A stretch of DNA of 64,000 nt, taken from positions 84,196,001 to 84,260,000 of the forward strand of contig JBNRSN020000015.1 in the NCBI GenBank assembly GCA_051313645.2, written 5' to 3'. The DNA comes from Centroscyllium fabricii. Taxonomy: Eukaryota. The notes beneath the pieces were generated by a model. That model made no database searches. It was not told where the DNA came from and saw only the letters and a program-made list of their open reading frames with translations. Positions 10,589 through 22,269 of this stretch are shown here, piece after piece (within the stretch, counting starts at the first letter, position 1; every line of letters starts with the position of its first letter). Position numbers and translations under genes: made by a program.

Positions 10589-13110
10589 TCAGGTTTTGAT
10601 GTTAAATTGTGCTGGTGGAATGGCTGTGCAGAGCGGCGGAATTGAAATGATCACGATGTTGTAATTGTTCTTAATGTTCAATAAAGTATATTAAAGAAAA
10701 AGTGGGTAGCACACTTGCCTCTGAGTCAGAAGGTTGTGGGTTCACGTCCCAGTCCAGCTAAGTTGACATTCCAGAGCAGTGCTGAGGGAGTGCTGCACTG
10801 TCTGAGGTGCCGTCTTTCATATGAGACGTTAAACCAAGGCACTGTCTGCTCTCTCAGGTGGACGTGAAAGGCACCATATAAATGCAAGTCTTTCATTCTT
10901 TTCTTACTGAGTTGTACTTAAATCTTTCAAGGGATTGTTTGGTTTAAATAAGGTTTTGAAGAACAGGTTGAGCAGTGTAAGATGTATCCATCAGTTAAAT
11001 GTTAAAACAACACTTATTACTGCACCATTGCAAAGCTGAAAAGGTTTATTTCTAAAACTATTAATCTGACCACTGATTATCAATAAAATTAAGGCAATAA
11101 ACTTGATGTAAGCCAAGCTTGCAACTCATCTTCTAAGTGATATTCTATATTGACTCTCATAAATTAACCAACTCCTGAAATAGAGCCCCATATAAATATA
11201 TCAAGTTACCATAATCTTCTATTCCATTCTAAAAGAAGATACATTTCTTTGTACTTTACTGACTGTTTTAGCATAAAACAATAGGATTTTACCTAATTTT
11301 AATATCCTATATAATCAGTAGATGGTCCTGTTACTCTGTGTTCTTATTGAAATCCTTTCACCTATGCTGTGGCTTACTTAAAGTAATGCTTCTGGTGTTG
11401 TCTACTGATACTCTCACTTAATTTACACAAGATTTAGTGTATGTGTAATGTAATATCTATTATTATAACCACCTTTCTGTGTAACTTTCAACATGTTATG
11501 GTTATTGTCTATAATAGTCATCCTGACTGTTAAGTTAATGGGATAGATCCACTTATCCAACAAGGGTTGTAAAATAATGATGGATGGTCGCAGCTTTATT
11601 CTTACCCTATAACAGGGTAACATTCAACACTGTCGAGCAATGATATTCATCAACTGAGTGCCCAGTGGACCATGGCTGGAAGGTGACCCTCTGCACAGTC
11701 AAGAATGAGTATTTATTAGGCACACGGTCAGTCCATATGTCAGTGATAAAGTGAATAAATCCCATTCTACATCTTTTATCTGCGGAAGCACTTTATTTTC
11801 TACAGATGGATAGGTATTTGAAATAATTGGATGTGAAAAGTGAAATCTGGAAGAAATAGCATATCTGGTTTGGAAATAATTAATAAATGCCAGGCATCTT
11901 GAATCCTATACAATAACATGTGGATGGAGGTTAGGAGCTATTTTTGCCCCAATCAACAGTGTAATGTTGGTGGTTGGCTTGCAGAGAATTTGGGTACAGG
12001 TTTAAAGACAGTCAATTGTGATTTCCCCTTCTCTAAGTAAATGCCTTGAAAACTGTAAAGTGATGAAAAGTGAACATAAGAAACCATATGGAGGATAGCA
12101 ACAGAGTTCATATTAATTACTGTACAACTGGTAAAATTAGCATTATAAGAGCCAAGGCTTGATAAATTGCCATTATACTAAGAGCTTGGGTCAAATTTCT
12201 ATTTTTGTCCCCCAAAACGTCACCATCAAAATTACCGACACTCCAATCAATTCTATAGGATGAAAACAGAACAGTTAATGTGACGGCACAATCATACAAT
12301 GTCTATTTTTCTTACTTTTTCCCACCAATATGAACAAATTGCAATCAGTTTATCATAAGATATGAGTTTAAATAATTACGGACGAGAGAAGTTGTTTGCT
12401 CTGCTTATTTTAAATGGGTTAACTATTTTGTTATAATAGTGAGCAGAGGAATGTCACCATAGCATGCTTACCAATTTGTTAAAGATAATGCACAGAAGAA
12501 TTCTTACCTGGAAATGTTTATGCTATGAAATTTGTAATTTTTGATGTTAGTGACAGTATCTTTGTTCCGATTACTTCCACTGATGCTTAAAGTAATTCTT
12601 TGCATTAGCCATGTTAAAATATTTATATTCCAACATAACAGAAACACAGAAACACAGAAGATAGGAGCAGCAGTAGGCCATTCGGCCCTTCGAGCCATTT
12701 TGACAAGATCATGGCTCATCATCCAAACTGTGATAAACTATAATCTGTGCATTTATCACTCATCGTGTTGTATATAATAGGGAACCATAATCTGTACATT
12801 TATCACTCATTGTGTTGTGTATAATAGGGGTGACTCACTTTGCCTGAGACTGTATGTAAATATGTTATGTGTGACTCACCCCAGGTAATGTGATCACGTG
12901 GCCCAACGGACTTCGCCCTTAATTCCTCCCCTCAGGACAGGCTTATAACCTCTGGTTCGCCACCTGAGGGCCAGATTCGTACCGAGCTCTGTTGGACCAT
13001 GTCTAGTTCTAAGATATAATAAAAGCCTTTAATTACTTTCATAAGACGGCCTCCGCTAGCAGTTATTCGTGCTTTAATTTTATTATATCTTTGTTATTTT
13101 CTGGACAACG

Positions 13111-13900
13111 ATGGAGAACATAACATGGTTGAAACCAAAAGTGCTCGACCTCAGGGCCCCTGGCGCTGGCGAGGACATTCAGCACTGGCAGACCATGCTC
13201 GAGGCCTACTGCGCCCTCACCCCAGCTATGAAGGAGGAGCAGAAACTGATCATCCTGCGTTCACGGGTCACTGGCAGAGTGTTCTCGTTCATCCAAAAGG
13301 ACACCACGTTCGATGCCTCCATCGCAACCCTTCGGGACCAGTACATGAGGCCTATTAACGATGTCTACGCCAGGCATCTACTGGCCACACGGAAACAGCG
13401 ACTGGGTGAGTCGATTGAGGACTTCGCTCAAACCCTGCGAGCACTCGCCCGAAACTGCACTTGGCCCACGACCAGTACCACCGCCGCCTATGAGAACGAT
13501 ATGGTGCGGGACTCGCTGGTTTCAGGCCTGCGATCGGAGCAGGCCAGGGAGCGACTGCTGGAGCAGTCGGAATTGACTTTAGATGGAGTGGTTAAGCTGG
13601 CGAATGCTGTTGAGGTGGCAGAGAACATTCCAGCGCTTATTCTAATAACGGCGCTAACGCGGGAGAGCTAAACCGCTGGGGCCTAGCACCCCAAATGCCC
13701 GCCGACGACTGAGCACACGTCACCTCCGCGGCGGCCCCTCCGCCCCGGCATCCACAGACTTGCTACTTCTGTGGTCAAGCAAAGCAAGCCAGACAGCAAT
13801 GCCCGGCCAAGAGCGCTACGTGCACCAACTGCAGAAAGAAGGGGCACTACGCGAAGGTCTGCCGTTCCGGCCTAGCCACCAAACTGCAAGGAGCAGCGTG
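13111..13900 (+). pseudogene. Gypsy gag with zinc knuckles
   Basis: ORF 13111-13671, then CYFCGQ...CTNCRKKGHYAKVC near 13760-13862 after disruption. Confidence 0.85.
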
Positions 13901-14229
13901 TGACACGACGCAGGTACGACCCAGCGCAATGTTCAAGCGGCCCACCGCGAGCCCCCCACAAACACCATCTTTGCCAGCCACGTGCGAGACCCAGCGGGCG
14001 CCGCCATCTTTGTCGCCATGCCTGCCGGTGGTAGCCGCGTGTGAGGAGCTCCGGGCGCCGCCATCTTGGGCGCCATCTTTAGAAACCGCCACCACATGCG
14101 TGATGCAACGGACGCCGCCATCTTGTACGCCCGCATCCACTGACTTCGGTCGATCGGCTCGGGGTTCCAGCTGTCCCATCCAACACCCCCATACCGTCAC
14201 GGCCTCATCACTCGACCAGTCGAGGCCCC

Positions 14230-17051
14230 GCTCGCTTGCGCTGTCCACTGTGCACATCGAGATCAATGGGCAACCCTTTGACTGTTTGTTTGACACCGGC
14301 AGCACCGTGAGTTTTGTACACCCTGACACCGCGCAATGCTTGTCGCTGGTAATACGGCCCTCTCAGTGCCAGATCTCCCTGGCTTCCATAACTCAAACGG
14401 CGGACGCCACAGGGTACTGCACGGTTGCCCTTACAGTCAATGGGGCCCAGTTCCGGGATTTCCGCCTATACACCCTTCCTCAACTTTGCGCTCCGGTGTT
14501 GTTAGGGCTTGATTTTCAGAGCCACATGAAAAGCGTCACCATAGTCTATGATGGACCGCTGCCTCCCTTCCCCATCGGCAGCCCCGCGGCCCCGACCTGT
14601 GGCTTGTCGGCTCTCAAGTCGAGCCCCCCTCTCTTTTTGCCAACCTCACGCCGGAGTGCAGGCCGATAGCAACCAAAAGCAGGCGGTACAGCGCATCAGA
14701 CCGGGCCTTCATTAAATCCGAGGTAGAGCGGCTGTTGCAGGAAGGCATCATTGCCGCCAGCAACAGCCCCTGGCAAGCGCAAGTGGTTGTAGTCAGGACC
14801 GGCGCCAAACCGCGCATGGTCATTGACTATAGCCAAACGATTAACTGGTTCACGTTCCTGGACACCTACCCCCTTCCACGTATAGCTGATATGGTCACGC
14901 AGATCGCCCAATACCGGGTCTTCTCGACCATCGACCTAAAATCGGCGTAGCACCAGTTGCCCATGAGGAAGGCAGACCACCAATACACTGCCTTTGAGGC
15001 GGCAGGCTGGCTGTATCACTTCCTCCAGGTTCCATTTGGTGTTACGAACGGGGTGTCAGTTTTCCAGCGTACAATGGACCGGATGGTCGCTAAGTTCGCC
15101 CTCACAGCTACTTTTCCCTACCTTGACAATTTCACGATCTGCGGCCACGATCAGCAAGATCACGACGTGAACCTGCAGAGATTCCTCCGGGCAGCGGAAC
15201 GGTTGAATCTCACCTATTACTGGGACAAATGCTCCTTCTCCACCACCCGTCCGGCCATCTTGGGCGACGTGGTGGAGAATGGCGTCCTGGGTCCCGACCC
15301 CGAACGCATGAGCCCTCTCCAAGAGCTGCCCCTGCCAGCTAATTCGAAAGCCCTGAAAAGGTGTTTAGGGTTCTTTTCGTATTACTCCCAGTGGGTGCCC
15401 CAATATGCGGACAAGGCCCGGCCACTCCAATAAGCCACCACCTTCCCACTCCCGGCCGAAGCCCACATGGCATTCGCGTCCATCAAACGCGACATTGTCA
15501 AGGCGGCTACGCAGGCCATTGATGAGTCACTCCCCTTCCAGGTGGAGAGCGACGCGCCTGACTTCGCCGTGTCCGCCACCCTTAACCAGGCAGGCCGGTC
15601 CGTCGCCTTCTTCTCTCGCACCCTCCAAGGCCGCGAAACCCGACACTCTTCCGTCGAGAAGGAGGCCCAAGCCATTGTGGAGGCCGTCCATTACTGGTGC
15701 CACTACCTGGCCGGGAAGCGTTTTACCCTACTCACCGACAAACGTTCGGTAGCGTTTATGTTTGATATTAAACAGCGGGGTATGATTAAGAATGACAAAA
15801 TTCTTAGGTGGCGAATCGAACTCTCCACCTATGAATACAATATTCTGTACTGGCCTGGTAAGCTCAATGAGCCCCTGGACGCCCTATCCTGGAGTACATG
15901 CGCCAGTGTACAGATCGACAAATTACGAGCCCTCCATGACATCCTCTGCCACCCTAGGGTTACGAGGCTCGCCCACTTTGTCAAATCCCGCAACCTCCCC
16001 TACTCTATAGAAGAGATTCGGTCCATGACCAAGGAGTGCTCGGTTTGCGCAGAATGCAAACCCCGTTTTTATACCCCGGACCGAGCACGCTTGATCAAGG
16101 CCACCCGACCCTTCGAGCGTCTGAGCATCGACTTTAAGGGTTCCCTCCCCTCTGCTGGCCGGAGTACGTATATCCTCACGATGGTCGATGAGTACTCCCG
16201 GTTCCCCTTTGCCTACCCCTGCCCAGACATGACCACCATGACGGTCATTAAATGCCTCAATCTCTCTTCGCCATGTTTGGCTTCCCCAATTACGTCCACA
16301 GTGACCGGGGGTCGTCATTTATGAGTGGCGAGCTGCGCCAGTTTCTGCTCCAGAAGGGGATTGCCTCGAGCAGAACCACCAGCTACAATCCCTGGGGAAA
16401 TGGACAGGTGGAAAGAGAGAATGGGATGGTTTGGAGGGCCATCACTCTAGCTCTCAAGTCTAGAGGTCTCCCAACCTCCCGGTGGCCCGAGGTACTACCT
16501 GATGCGCTTCACTCTATCCGCTCGCGTTTGTGTACAGCTACGAACTGCACTCCTCACGATGCCCTGTTTTCTTTCCCCAGGAAATCGACCTCTGGGACAC
16601 CGCTCCCGATGTGGCTGACCACCCCGGGACCAGTTTTGCTTAAAAAGCATGTCCCAGGCCATAAGACTGATCCCCGAGTCGAACGGGTACATCTGCTTCA
16701 GCAAATCTGCAATACGCGTATGAGTTGTCCCCGGACGGCCGGGAGGACACGGTCTCCATCCGGGACCTGGCCCCCGCGGGGATCTCGACTGAGGAGCCCC
16801 GGCCACCGCCCGCCCCCGACACCACCCCCGGCGCATACCCATCATACCCCGGCCTGTTCCAGCCCCGGCCTGCCCGCCGCTTGGTCAAAGCTTGCCCCCC
16901 GCTAGAACCCCCTGACTCTGACTCGACCTGCGAACCGCCCCGCCGAGAGCCGATGACGCAGGCCGACCCACTACCGGCACCCCCGCCGCCGCAGCCAGCC
17001 CTTCGTTGCTCTTCAAGGACCATTAAGCCTCCGGAGAGGCTCAACTTGTGA
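14230..17051 (+). pseudogene. Gypsy pol (protease, RT, RNase H, integrase), disrupted
   Basis: LFDTGS, IDLKSA, YLDN, ESDAPDFAV/SVEKEA, HPRV..CSVC, IDFKG, SDRGSSF, NGQVERENG; several stops and frameshifts. Confidence 0.95.
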
Positions 17052-17818
17052 CTATGGGGCCCACTGAAGGACGATGGGGAGGGGCATTCACCCCGCCGGA
17101 CTCAGTTTTTAGAAAGGGGTGAATGTGATAAACTATAATCTGTGCATTTATCACTCATCGTGTTGTATATAATAGGGAACCATAATCTGTACATTTATCA
17201 CTCATTGTGTTGTGTATAACAGGGGTGACTCACTTTGCCTGAGACTGTATGTAAATATGTTATGTGTGACTCACCCCAGGTAATGTGATCACGTGGCCCA
17301 ACGGACTTCGCCCTCAACTCCTCCCCTCAGGACAGGCTTATAACCTCTGGTTCACCACCTGAGGGCCAGATTCGTACCGCGCTCTGTTGGACCACGTCTA
17401 GTTCTAAGATATAATAAAAGCCTTTAATTGCTTTTATAAGACGGCCTCTGCTAGCAGTTATTCGCGCTTCACAAACCCAGCACCCCCCTCCTACCCTCTC
17501 CCCATATCCCCTGACACCCCCAACTCTAAGAACTATATCTCACACACATACTCATGGGCAATGTTTACTATCTCCAATTCACCTAACCTGCATGTCTTTG
17601 GGTGGTGGGAGGAAACCGGAGTACCCGGAGCAAACCCACATGAACATGGGGAGAACATGCAAACTCCATGCAGAGAGGTCCTGGTCCAAGCAGGATTCGA
17701 ACCCAGGAGCTCCTTAGTGCGAGGCAGCAGTGTCATCCCAACTCCAACAAAGAAATGTAAAAACCATGGAGAACATGTTCCTCTGCTTACTACTTTAGTG
17801 AATAAGTATATGCAACTA

Positions 17819-18320
17819 CAGGTTCAGCACCGTTAATCCGGCATGGGTGGGACCAGGCCAGTGCCGGGAAAGTGAAAATCCCGAACGATTGAAGCTTCGG
17901 AGAGCGCATACGCAGACCATTCAAAATGGCTGCCGCGAAAGGCCGGCGGCCAGTTAGAGTGGTCTGCACATGTCCTTATCTTTCAGCGAGTCCCAGCCCA
18001 GCATTGATCGGATGGTACAGGCCCGCGTTCTGGGAATCACGGCCCAGCCCGCGTTCGGGGAATCCTGGCCCAGTGCGCATTCGGGGAATCCCGGCACAGC
18101 CCGCGTTCGGGGAATCCCGGCACAGCTCGCTATCGGCTCGGAGAGACCATTGTGAATGATCTGTGCATGCACTCGCCATTCGGTGGCACATGCGCAGATC
18201 ATTCGCCAAGGCATCAATCGCGGCAGCCATTTTGCGCATGCGCAGCGCAGTCGGGGAAATTATTGCCGGACGTTCGAAGCTGCCAGTTATTCGGGTAACG
18301 GATTAACGGTGCTCAACCTG
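17819..18320. mobile_element. Tc1/mariner (Tigger/pogo-like) MITE
   Basis: 22-bp TIR CAGGTT(C/G)AGCACCGTTAATCCG, TA duplication on both sides, internal ~29-bp tandem repeat. Confidence 0.9.
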
Positions 18321-18326
18321 TATAAC

Positions 18327-18728
18327 GCTGGCATAGTGGTTAGTACTGTTGCCTTACAGCACTAGAGACCCGGGTTCAAATCCGGCCTCGGGTGACTATC
18401 TGTGTGGAGTTTGCACATTCTCCCCGTGTCTGCGTGGGTTTCCTCCGGGTGCTCTGGTTTCCTCCCACAGTCCAAAGATGTGCGTGTTAGGTTGATTGGC
18501 CATGATAAATTGGCCCTTAGTGTTAGGGGGATTGAATATGTGGGGTTACGGGGATAGGGTGGGATATGTGTCGGCGCAGGCTCGATAGGGATCGAGGGAT
18601 ATGGGTAGAAAGCAGGGACAGGGTACTGGGTTTGGATGATCAGCCATGATCTCATTGAATGGTGGAGCAGGCTCGAAGGGCCGAATGGCCTACTCCTGCT
18701 CCTATCTTCTATGTTTCTATGTTTCTAT
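18327..18728 (+). mobile_element. V-SINE (HE1-like), near full length
   Basis: tRNA-like head (TAGTGGTTAG; GGTTCAAATCC), V-domain, CR1 tail. Confidence 0.9.
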
Positions 18729-19329
18729 AAAGTAATATTTCTTTACATTCAAGTCTATTTTTGTTAAAAATAGAAAAATATACCCCCATATTTCTCAAAC
18801 AAAATGAAGAATGTAGTATAAAGACATCAAAAATATATTTTGATTATTATGTTCTTACTTTTTATACACACTAGAATTTTAGCTGAGAGGACAAGAGGCT
18901 TTCTGGACATCTGCACAACTTCTGTCGATGTCATTTTGGCCCAGAATTCCCTAAAAATGGCCTTTATGGCCACTGATAAGGGGATTGCTAAACACAACTT
19001 GTTGTGCAACACAAGGCCATCTGCCATCTTCCTCACGAACTTAATGCGGACATGATGTTATTCTGCTAGCATCCATCTGAATAGGCTCCATTTTGAAATA
19101 ATAGCACCACAAAGTCTCCAATTTTGTTTGCATGAATCATGTTCTGAGCAGTTGCTGCACAGTAAGGAGAACCCTGTGAAACACAAATCTCCACAGAATT
19201 TGTTCACAAGAAACGGAGTAGCTCGCAAAGTTTACTGGGAGGAGCTAAAACAAATCAAAATTAAACCATTGCTTCATATTGGGATTGGTTTCTCAGGAAA
19301 CAAAGGGTGTCTCCTAACTTATTATAAAA

Positions 19330-19697
19330 TGATTTCCGACACGGCAAGAAAGCCCCAGGTGGGCAGAGGAAACGCTTCAAGGGCATCCTCAAAGCCTCCT
19401 TAAAAAAGTGCAACATCCCCACCGACACCTGGGAATCCCTGGCCCAAGACCGCACAAAGTGGTGGAGAAGCATTTGGGAAAACGCCGAATACCTCGAGCA
19501 AGTGGAAGCCAAGCGCGAACAGCAGAAGGAGCGCACATGAACCCAAGCACCCCAGCCACCCGCCCCTTCAACCACTGTCTGCCCCACCTGTGAAAGAGAC
19601 TGTAGGTCCCGCACTGGACTCATCAGTCACCTGAGAACTCATTTTTAATGTGGAAGCAAGTCTTCCTCGGTTCCGAGGGACTGCCTAAGAAGAAGAT
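19330..19697 (+). mobile_element. RTE-clade LINE 3' end
   Basis: GGQRKRFKGILKASLKKCNIPTDTWESLAQDR, CPTCERDCRSRTGLISHLRTH, tail GAGGGACTGCCTAAGAAGAAGA. Confidence 0.85.
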
Positions 19698-20389
19698 AAA
19701 ATGACTACAGTGGTCTCAGACTCAGGAAACCCAAAGATCTAATGGCAACAGACAGTCCCTCCCCTGCCAAAACACACCTCGGAGGTATTAAAAGTTCTCC
19801 TTCCTCCTTCTCTAAAATCTCTAACAAAAGTCACCAGAAATATACTTTTGGAGGAGGAGAGGCAGGGTTTTTTGCATGTTGCAGCAGAGCCAAAAAAACA
19901 GATAATACACTTTGTATTACACCCAGTCCTTCCATAACACTCCCTACAAAAAACATTGCCAGATTCATTTAGTAGCGATGTTCGTTGCGTATTATAGTCT
20001 GTAGATGGTGCAAATTATTTAGAATTTTAAGCTTCTTTAAGTTATGTATATACATCCATGCTGAGCTAGAAAACCAGCAAAAGCTGACCACCAGATTCAG
20101 AAAAGCTGTGAACTCAGAAACAGCCCTGAATAAATGCCCTTGACTTCTAGTTACACTGAGAGAGCAGTGGGACACAGCTTTTTATAACAGAAGCTGCAGG
20201 TATATGCAATATTCTGCCCCTTGTATGGTGGAAGAGTGTGACAAAAACTGTGGAGAAACTATAGGCTTTTGTAGATATGTATCGGTACTAATTTGTGCTA
20301 AATAAGTTTGTTAAATTGTTTATATGCTTATCGCGTGACATGAAATCACTCTTTTCTCTCCCATCACCCCTTTTCTCATTGTGACAGGT

Positions 20390-20490
20390 ACAGTAGCATA
20401 GTGGTTATGCTACTGGACTAGTACTCCAGATGCCTGGAATAATAATCCAGAGGCCTGGAATAATAATCCGGAGACCTGGATACTGGAATA
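20390..20490 (+). mobile_element. tRNA-derived SINE head with three ~20-bp tandem repeats
   Basis: Similar to the head at 34835; CTGGAATAATAATCC repeats. Confidence 0.55.
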
Positions 20491-20504
20491 CAAAGTAGAA
20501 TTTC

Positions 20505-21260
20505 TAATTTTGCCGATGACACCAAACTTGTGGTGTGGCAAACAGTGAGGATGATACTAATCGACTGCAACAAGACATGGAAAGGCTAGCAGAATGGGCA
20601 GACAAGTGGCAGATGGAATTTAATACAGAGAAGTGTGAGGTGATGCATTTTGGCAGAAGGAACATGGAGAGTCAATATACTCTTAATGGCACAGTCTTAA
20701 AGAGTGCACAGAGACAGAGGGACCTGGGAGTTAATTTGCATAGGTTCCTGAAGGTGGCAGGACATGTTGAGAGAGTGGTTAGCAAAGCATATGGGATCAT
20801 GGGTTTCATAAATAGAGGTACTGAGTACAAAAGTAGAGAAGTTATGCTGAACCTTTATAAAGCGCTGGTTAGGCTACAACTGGAGTATTGCGTCCAGTTC
20901 TGGTCACCATACTTTAGGGAGGATGTGAAGGCCCTTGAGAGGGTGCAGAGGAGATTTACCAGAATGGTTCCGGGGATGGGGCTTCTTAGCTATAAGAACA
21001 GTTTGAAGAAGCTGGATTTGTTTTCATTGGAGCAAAGGAGTTTGAGGGATGATTTGTTAGAGGTGTACAGGATATGATGGGTTTGGCTAGGCTAGACGGG
21101 GAAAGGTTGTTCCCACTAATTGATGGTACAAAGACTCGGGGACACAGATTTAAGTATTTGGGCATGATATATAGAGGGACGCAGGACAAACCTTTTTACG
21201 CAATGAATGGTGAGGACCTGAAACTCACTGTCGATGGAAGTGGTGGTACGGAAACACTCA
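20505..21260 (+). mobile_element. CR1 LINE ORF2 3' fragment
   Basis: FADDTKL, WADKWQMEFNTEKCEVMHFG, LEYCVQFWSP. Confidence 0.92.
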
Positions 21261-21264
21261 GTGA

Positions 21265-22162
21265 GGGGAATTTTTAAAAAGCTGTGGGAAGCTGGCAGGT
21301 TTTGGGCGGGTCAGTTTTCTGTCCCGCCCGCCCAAGGACCTGGGAGGCCCGAGCGATTTTGGCTCAAGTGGCCAATTAAATTCCCGCCGAACTGTTGGGC
21401 TTCCACTACACACTAATGGGTGGGGGCAAAGCCCTTTACATTCGCAGTTTAAATTGGGCGGGCTGTTGATTGACAGGTCTGAGTAGTAAGAACTCACTAA
21501 GCTTGATTGACAGATCTGAAGTGCTGCCTTTGTTCCTATGTTTACACAGCCGTGTGAGTCAGATTTTGAAAGAACCACTTGAAACCACAAAACAAACAGA
21601 TGAAGTGAGTCATGTTTGTTTGTGGTTTCAATGGAATGTAAACAGAAACTGATTCCCTGGGTGATTGACAGCTTGCTTCACAGACACAGCGCTGGAGCAT
21701 GATGTCAGTTAAATAGGAGCGATATGAAGGTGAGTGATTTCAAGGTTTTGGGCTCTGAGGTTTCGCACCCTTGGGTGGCAGCTGCACCTCCAGCATGGTG
21801 GAGGTTAGCAAGCTGCTGTGTGGGTGCTGTGCCCATGCCTTGAAAGTGGTAGACACCCAGCCGCCTGGGTTCCCACCACCTTTTTCACGGCGGGTTTTCA
21901 CCCGGCGGGTTTTAGGTGGGAAGAGGGCTAAAATAGCTGAGGGCCCTTAAAATAGGATTAGCCATCCAATTAAGGGCCCTCAATGACCTCAATCTGTGTC
22001 CCCGCCAGCGGCGGGCAGGAAACATGCGGGGCGGCAAAACCTGCTCGACGAAACTCTCAAATGGGCGGGGATCCAGCGGGGTGCCTTCCCGCCCACCGGT
22101 TTGTAATTTTTGAAACTGACCCACCAGAAACCCGCACTCAGGGACCTCCTAAAATTACCCCC
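21265..22162. mobile_element. Harbinger-derived MITE
   Basis: Ends GGGGAATTTT / AAAATTACCCC; subterminal motifs (GGCCCTTAAAAT, GGGCCCTCAATGA) shared with 5390-5660. Confidence 0.65.
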
Positions 22163-22269
22163 AATGTTTTCAAAAGGAGGCTGGATAGGCATTTAGGATT
22201 CACAAAATTCCCACGCCTCCTGCAGTTATTAATATGATAACACTAAGAGAGTAAAAGAGCTTTCAGAAA

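Larger units (their letters stand above)
1497..10700 (+). mobile_element. Degraded Tx1/L1-clade non-LTR retrotransposon with nested insertions
   Basis: ORF1 with CCHC knuckles; ORF2 endonuclease start MITLVSINVNGL (3286); RT motifs KNWRPITLINVDYKIL, DQEKAFDRV, QGCRLSP, YADD; C-terminal CPGCGTWDETLFHLL; AATAAA + A-tail; 12-bp TSD AGT(T/G)GGTAGCAC. Confidence 0.88.
1475..10905 (+). mobile_element. tRNA-headed DeuSINE (SacSINE1-like), split into 1475-1496 and 10701-10905 by the Tx1 insertion
   Basis: A-box TGTGGCTCAGTTGGTAGCAC continues at 10701 into GCCTCTGAGTCAGAAGGTTGTGGGTTCAC (B-box-like), Deu domain GTGCTGCACTGTCTGAGGTGCCGTCTTTC and L2-like tail TATAAATGCAAGTC. Confidence 0.8.
12729..17471 (+). 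mobile_element. Full-length Gypsy LTR retrotransposon (inactive)
   Basis: 348-bp LTRs 12729-13076 and 17124-17471 (about 11 differences by eye), TSD CAAAC, PPT AGAAAGGGGTGAA, gag-PR-RT-RH-IN order. Confidence 0.96.
12636..17735 (-). mobile_element. V-SINE split into 12636-12728 and 17472-17735 by a Gypsy insertion
   Basis: Tail and V-domain rejoin across TSD CAAAC. Confidence 0.8.

Noticed and set aside
18020-18130. Regular ~29-bp repeats resembling a CRISPR array
   Set aside because: Head-to-tail units without unique spacers, inside a MITE in eukaryotic DNA
18327-18390. tRNA gene (also 1475/10701, 20390, 34835)
   Set aside because: A/B boxes run into SINE bodies and tails; no complete cloverleaf seen
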